Below the pieces are notes generated by a model. It worked only from the letters and a program-made list of their open reading frames with translations. It did not search any database and was not told where the DNA came from. Shown here in pieces: positions 57,525 through 64,000 of a stretch of DNA of 64,000 nt. The stretch spans positions 62,001 to 126,000 of the forward strand of contig DF236955.1 in assembly GCA_000708835.1 (NCBI GenBank), given 5' to 3'. The translations under genes were made by a program, and so were the position numbers. This DNA is from Klebsormidium nitens (taxonomy: Eukaryota > Plantae > Klebsormidiophyceae). Every line of letters starts with the position of its first letter. Positions within the stretch are counted from its first letter, which is position 1.

Positions 57525-60500
57525 ATGGCCAGCGCGGCCCTTGTCATGGCCCAAGGGGCTCTCGCTGGCCATAGCATTGCAGGCCCCAGGTTTGTAGACG
57601 CTTTGCACATCCACAGATCTTGCCTGCAATCTCCTGCGCTGATCGGTTGCAGTACTGTCTCTCATGGGGTCTTTTGCCGCGCGGCTCTTGGTGATGACAA
57701 GAGAGCTTTTGCTGAGTCAGAAGACAATAAAGATACGAGAAAACAAAGAATGTGGTCCAGACCGCAAGGAAAAGTCAGGCGGACGGCCTGGGTTGTGGCT
57801 GCTCAAGCTGCGGAACAGGCTCATTCAGACGCTGCAGACGGGAGCAGGCGAGAGAACCGGGCACATCTGATGGCACATAGGGAGGAGACCCATGAGATGG
57901 AGGAGCTTGAAAGGCCTCTCGGTAAGGAGTCGGACAGCCCTTTCACTATCCGAGTCTGATTCAGAGGAGCTGAAACAATGTTCTAGCACAAATGTGCCTT
58001 GCACAGTGCGCTTGGGTGGAGGTTTCATTCATTCCTCAATGTTCAGAAGCAAAGGACTAGGTGCTCTGTAAGAAATAACCAGTGGGGTACATGTTTGATG
58101 ATGTTTCTGTGTGTCAGTATGCATCCAGACTGAGTGAGTGCGGTTTTGAAGATACTTCGTGCTGGTTCGCAGAAAGCTTACATCAGCTTCAATATACCCC
58201 GATGTGGCCTCGAAAGAGCAGTCACTTTACAAGAAATCCAGCTTTCGGCCGCTGCAGCATCTTCAAGCCGGTACTGGCTGTACTTGGGGAGCTCCGCACT
58301 TCGCCTGTGTATGCCTTTGTTCGCCTTTGTGCGTCTCTGAAGCTCGCACATCGTTGCTTTTCGTCAGATGCCCTCAAACTCTCAGCTTAAGATCTGCGAC
58401 AAACCTGCCTCTGCTGTCAACTCACCCACACCTGCCCATTCTTCCTTCAATCATCAGCGGAGTACATGAGCTTGCCCGCCTCTCAGTACTCCGTCCTTGA
58501 CGCGGAGAGGATCGAGCGAGTCGACGAGAAGACGTTCAAGTGCTACGTCCACCGGATCAAGTTCTTCACCTTTGAGGTCTGCCCGGTGCTGCTCGTGCGA
58601 GTGGATGAGAAGCCAAACGGGTGCGCCATCCGGTTGCTTTCCTGCACGGTGAGAAGATACCCTGTGCAGGCTTATGTCATGATACAGAAGCTCTCCCCTG
58701 ACGTGGCTGATTGGGATTGAGCATGATAACTAGCTAAGTTCCTGTTTCTAAGAGAACAGCTCGCTTTTGAGAAGCACGTCTACTTCAATGGAGAGTCAGT
58801 GAACGTGAACAATTGCTTGCGCCATTGGAGTATGATTTTGGATAGAAAATTGCAGCAATTTGGGTGGTTACTCACGCCTTCGCGTGTTGACGCACTATGG
58901 CATCAGAGACTTGTTCCTAGCTAATGGCTGTCTCTGATGGCCAATCCTTATCGATGCAGCTGGAGGGATCTCCGCTAGTGGTCGCTCAGAACGAGAAGTT
59001 CTCAGGTAAGACCTACTTGCTTAGCTTTCTAGTTTTTATGCGAATGCAGAAGCTGGATATGCTGACAAAGAAGAGGAGCTTTGATTTGACTTGAGAAGCT
59101 GGTCAGTTTACAGATGCGTCTGAGGTTTTGTTGTTGAACATGCATGGGGCGCGTCAGCCCTGTGGTCTTTCAGCACCTTTGAATGACGAGCGTGGGCTTA
59201 CCTGTCGTTGCGAATCCAAGGAGTACGGTCAGACTCGTCGAAGGCACTTCCTGACGCTGTTCTGGATACTGCGGGCACCTCACATTGGAGAAAACAATGT
59301 TTCAACTAGATATCCATTCCTCCTCATTTCCCTGTCCCGAATGGAACTTCCTATTCCGAAAGTCATGATGTTCAATCGTTGAAGCCCTCGTGCCGGCATG
59401 TTCTCATGGTCTCAATGGCGTCGTTATTAAGAAAAGCGGCAATCTTCTTGGAGCCTTTGAACTGCAATTGTCCCGTATGGTGACGTCGTGTCTTACCTAA
59501 GCAGTCTATTTGCTAAACAGCTCCTTGTGCATCCTCTGCAGCCTCCATGGTCAACAACGTGCGATGGAGCGACGTTCCTGATGAGCCGACCAAGAAACAA
59601 CTTATTTCAGACACGACAATCGACGTGAGTGATTCTGGTTGCGACCACCTCCGCTTTTCGGGGTACTTTCTGGAAGCGAATTCTGTCGGATCATGCTGGA
59701 AGCCGACTCGTGAAAGACCAAAGAGATGTTCAGATGATGGTTCAAAGCGGGCCGGCTCCAGGCACACAGCCAGCTGGTAAAGACCTCGTTGCTTGGGAGA
59801 TACTGAGCGTTCCGATCAGGCTCTGACCCACCGGTGCGCTTCAGATTTCGGCTGTCTCTGTTCCGCAAAGCAGAAGTGTCCGGTCCTTGCGAACCCCTGC
59901 CAAAACGAACAAACGCCGAGATATACTGTTCTGTCACAACGGATGCAAGGAGAACGAGGAGTCATTTCGATGACCCCCCTCAGTGGTAACCCCCCAAATT
60001 GACGGTCCGAAAAGGTCTCCCTGGCAGGAGACCGTTAGCCGTCGCGTCCCTGGATCTGTAGCCAATGGGGCTCCGAAAGTTGCCCGGAAGTCCATCCGTT
60101 TTGTCACCTTGGCAGACAGTCTGAGAAAAAATATCCTGGGCGTTATGCAGGTTTCGATCGAGGTTCCGGCTCCGTTCCGAAGAATTCCGGTCGAGGGCAT
60201 TGAGATGACAGGGCGGAAGGTGCTGCAGCAGCTGCTGCGGCTCGTGCTCCCCCGGTTCCTCTTACAGGTGCGCATCGGATCACGCTTATCACGCTTCCCG
60301 TCAAAGCAGTCAGCAGGCTTTGGAAGTTTTCTGCAAACAGTTGAAGTCTGGGGGCAGAACGTCCATCAGTGTTGAGGCGAGATGTACTGGCTGACGACAC
60401 CAGTGCTTAGATCGCCCGAAACCACTGCGTTTTTTGCCGAGGAGCAAGGATTATCACCGCCACTGGGAGATCGAACGGCATGGCTCACCCAGTCGACGTC

Positions 60501-61221
60501 TCCTTGGGCGTGCTTGTCGTGGGACGTGGATAACTAGGGCGATGCGGTAACCTACCCCCTCACCGTGTCACCAGTACCCCGTGATACTTGTATTCTCAGC
60601 CGTCCGATTGGCAATGTCAAAAGCATCTGACTGTTCTTCGCTGTGGCCAGCGAAGGGTCAAGTCTGCTGTGGTCAACTTTCCCGCTTGAGCAGATAAATA
60701 TCTGAAAGTTTCAGTGTTGCAAAGCAGAGGGAGGCTACGTTCGAAAGCTTCTTTGACTGGCGCTATCGGAACCGGTTTCCAAGATTCGTTGTTCATGTGG
60801 TATCGAGACGTCCTATGGAAATGTCTCGGAACGGTCGGGTGATTTCGAAGAAAACACTTGATGCCTTCTTAGGAAGTACGTTAACTCTCCAATCTTTCAA
60901 ATATCAGAGTTTAAGCATCAGTTGTGGCCGTCTCATCCGCTTCCGCCCCCCAAAAAAAGAACACACTGCCTGGTTTGCAACCCAGCCCCCTACGGGCTGT
61001 GCTTCGACCAGCTCCGCAAGCTTTCTTGTTCAGAGCAACGAGAACCTAAGTGTTTTGCAACGGCAATGAAGATGAAACTTTGGAAACTTTGGCTAAGACC
61101 GGCTTGAAATTGAGCCTGCTTGTAATGCAGTCCATCTCACTTTGTGCAGCTCGAAAAGGATTACAGAGCCTGGGCTTCTGGAGACGAGTCAAGAAAACCT
61201 CTGGGAACAGGCGAGTTGTAA
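57525..61221 (+). CDS. DUF1997 (SRPBCC-like) protein with probable plastid transit peptide; exons 57525-57921, 58458-58648, 58960-59005, 59542-59624, 60151-60267, 61150-61221 (301 aa)
   Basis: RPLAEYMSLPASQYSVLDAERIERVD...FEVCPVLLVRV...LEGSPLVVAQNEKF...VLPRFLLQLEKDYRAWASGDESRKPLGTGEL follows the plant DUF1997 family. Phases consistent. Confidence 0.9.
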
Positions 61222-61560
61222 GGGAGGTTGGGAGCGGAGGAAACGGTGGGGAGGTTTTTTGCCGCCAGGTTTTTGGATGTACCTACATGTGTACATGTGT
61301 ATGCTATGAACGTTGGGTTGATGCAGCTACTGTAGTAGCGGACATTTTCCAACTCCTCTCAACAAGACGTTGGCTTACCATAATAACTCCTTCGGGTTGA
61401 TAATTGAAGGCCCTGACTGAGTAGGCTGATCCTTGTAGCTGCTGCAAGCTTGTTCGGCTGTAAGGATCGAACGAGACTAGGAACAGCACGCCCTGTGGAA
61501 AGGTCAACTAGGCCTCTCGATCGCTCTGTACCATGCGGTTCGCTTCACAAGCGATTCTTA

Positions 61561-62280
61561 AAAATGACTACTGTATGGCACGGCCACGATGCTCATGCAA
61601 GATTGGGGGGAATCACTTCAATGTCACGCCATCATGCGATTATTGAATCCACTCAAGACGGCTTGTCTATACATCAAGCATAATGACCGGCCTCTTACGT
61701 GGCTTTCTTCTCCTGCCCAGTTTGTAAGACCATGCCATCTGTAAACGTGCAATGTATGGACCCACATCTGCATTGGCATGATTGATTGCAATGTGCTAGC
61801 CCGCCACCATTGTGGACTCGGGACATGATACAGCTGATGCATTTCAAACCATGCTCCCGCGCCGCGGCCGCCATCGCCATGCCAAGATGTGAGCTTTGTA
61901 ACTTTCGACAAGCGCATGGTTGAATCGTCAAAGGGCAGCACGCCAAATGCATGGAAGAATATTTCATCTATACATGCAGATCGGCTATATGATGGTGTAA
62001 GTCGATCATGGTCCTATATGATGGTGTATGTGGAACACGCGCCATGTCGGGCCCCATGGCCTGGCCGCTATGCATACTGTTCATTGTGGTCATGCAGACT
62101 TGCAATGTCGCTGATTGTCAGGCTTGAGCGTGCATGCTAGCATTTAGCTGACCGCTTGATAATACAAACAGCCAATATCTATCATACTTCATCAAAAGAC
62201 TGTGGCGCACTCAATTTCAATCACAATGATATTAATCGGAAGGCGTTCAAGCACGGCATGGCTGCAGTAACCTAATGTTG
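61561..62280. other. CATG/RY-rich island between the DUF1997 gene and the last gene's 3' end
   Basis: 16 CATG in 720 bp; core CTCCCGCGCCGCGGCCGCC; CTATATGATGGTGTA x2. Confidence 0.65.
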
Positions 62281-62550
62281 AAAGTGGAATTTTCTCTATG
62301 AGCTAGACGCCCTTGATTATTCAGCGGCATGGACTTCAACATGTCCAATTTCTGATTCCTCTCCGAGTAAGTCTTTCACGACAATTCTCCCAAGTGAAGC
62401 TGTCAGGTGCGTTTGCCGTCAGATGCTGCTTCAAATGTTTCATGATGGAAACTAGAGTAAGTCGGCGGAAGGTAGAACCATTCAGCCAGCAGTCGGGCTA
62501 AACTCACTCACTGCTACTTGTTAGATGCCAAGACCGACTCTCTTATTGAC

Positions 62551-64000
62551 TCATACAGAAGGAGGAGAGGGGTCGCTCGTATCCAACCCGGATGAGGTGG
62601 AACCGGGTTTGGCAGGATTCTCGGTTATAGCAGCCGTGACTGAAATGCGTGATGGAGGAGGTTCGTACGTCTTGTTTCCGCTCGTTTCGCTCGTGCTGCT
62701 CGTTGACGACCTCGTTGGGGGCTCCCAGACAACGGACTTGGCTGCTCTGGAAAGCTCAGCCTCGGCCCGATTTTGCACCTCCTCCTACAGCAGGATCGCA
62801 AAGCACATCAACATCCAGGAACCAACTTTTCCTAGGAGAAAGAAGAGCTCCAGTTGAACCAAAACAATCCTTTAACAATACATAGTGAAAACGGGTAGCA
62901 AGATGCAGAGGTTCTAGCATAGGCAGCTATTTCACCACAAGCAAGGAGCTCGACTTCACAACTGCTTCCAACAAGGTCCCTTCCACAGTGCTGTTAGAAG
63001 TAGCGAGTTTATTCTTGCAAGCCCAAGGACATCTTTGAAAAGGACCTGTTGCAGATAATAGCAGAACCATCAGGAAAGGGGGGCTAAATAAGATACCCAC
63101 CTGGAACTCCCGGATGAACTCCCGCTGTTCCGCTTGGACACGGCTCACTTCACTGATCAGCTCGCCAAGCGCTGTTCCCAACCGTTCGTTGATTGTCTCT
63201 GCCAGGGCACGACCAAGGAAGAAAGCGTCGAGCACCTGCTTGCTGGTCTGGTCACCTGTGGGATCGCAAGAGATGGGGGCTTACATTCTAAGAGTCCAGA
63301 GAGTGACAGTGATGGGTGACGAATACACAAACATTATTGTGGCACCTTGATTGCAATAACTTCGTGTGAAGACTCCGAACCTCTTGTTGCACATCTCAAA
63401 CGACCCTGTGTCGTAAATAGAATCTGCACACACCAGATAGCCGCTGAGAATCCGCAGACTACAATCAGACACTACAAGATGGACGGTAGGAAAAGCAACC
63501 ACTCCTGAGGTATGACGAGCTCTAACATGGAACGAGCTCTAACATGGATGGGTTCCTTAGTCCCAAGATACTTTTCAAAGCGAACGCCTTGCAACTATTG
63601 GCAATGAAAAAGATCAGTAGAAACCAAAGCGATTGAAAGGCAATCCTGATACTGAGTAAGATTGGGCAAATGAGGACCGCTTGCTTTGGGAAGTAAAGCG
63701 CACCACCTTGAATCGGCTCTAAATCAACTTCTAGCTACTCTAACTGTTTGCGCTTCTCTCATCGCAAGCTGTTGGCATATGATAGCGAAACAAGTCTTCA
63801 CCAACCAAAAAAGCAACTTCCAAGAGGGCCTTTCCTTGAACTGGGCAACCATCTTTTAGCATGAAATTCGCAAAACAAGGCCGTCTCATATGAACAGCTT
63901 CAGAGCATCTTAGAATTGTCCTAAAGCAACAGAGTGACTGCCTCAAAGGACATTCTACTCACCGTCTCTCCGGCCGCCTCCACTTGAAGTCGCAACAACC
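62551..64000 (-). CDS. 5'-truncated plant/cyanobacterial-type conserved plastid protein (At4g13200-like); exons >64000-63963, 63255-63101, 62784-62551
   Basis: VLDAFFLGRALAETINERLGTALGELISEVSRVQAEQREFIREFQ|EEVQNRAE. GT-AG junctions are phase-consistent. Confidence 0.8.
63515..63548 (+). repeat. 17-bp tandem duplication in intron
   Basis: ACGAGCTCTAACATGGA x2. Confidence 0.9.

Overview
Intron-rich eukaryotic nuclear DNA with GT-AG introns. The gene content (plant-type GLB3, GH3, NXD1, TAF15, DUF1997) and style suggest a streptophyte green alga such as Klebsormidium; this is an inference. I rebuilt these genes by hand, checking splice phase: RPL31(+), eIF3f(-), TAF15-like(+), truncated 2/2 globin GLB3(+), GH3(+), DUF4211/CCDC82-like(-), intronless F-box/LRR(+), SDR(-), fucosyltransferase-like GT(+), NXD1(-), DUF1997(+), and a partial plastid-type protein(-) at the right edge. 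A twice-frameshifted orphan pseudogene(+) is also present. Non-coding structure: a 495-nt assembly gap, a ~1.5-kb foldback palindrome, a 445-bp TA-flanked MITE, a small cruciform element and several short intronic tandem duplications. The two most unusual signals: (1) GLB3 intron 2 holds four degenerate tandem copies of the exon-3 start, three with their own acceptor, and the best two differ from the real exon largely at synonymous sites; (2) all five tail-to-tail intergenic regions contain a CATG/RY-rich island around a CGCG-rich core. No tRNA, rRNA, CRISPR array or intact transposase/RT was recognised.
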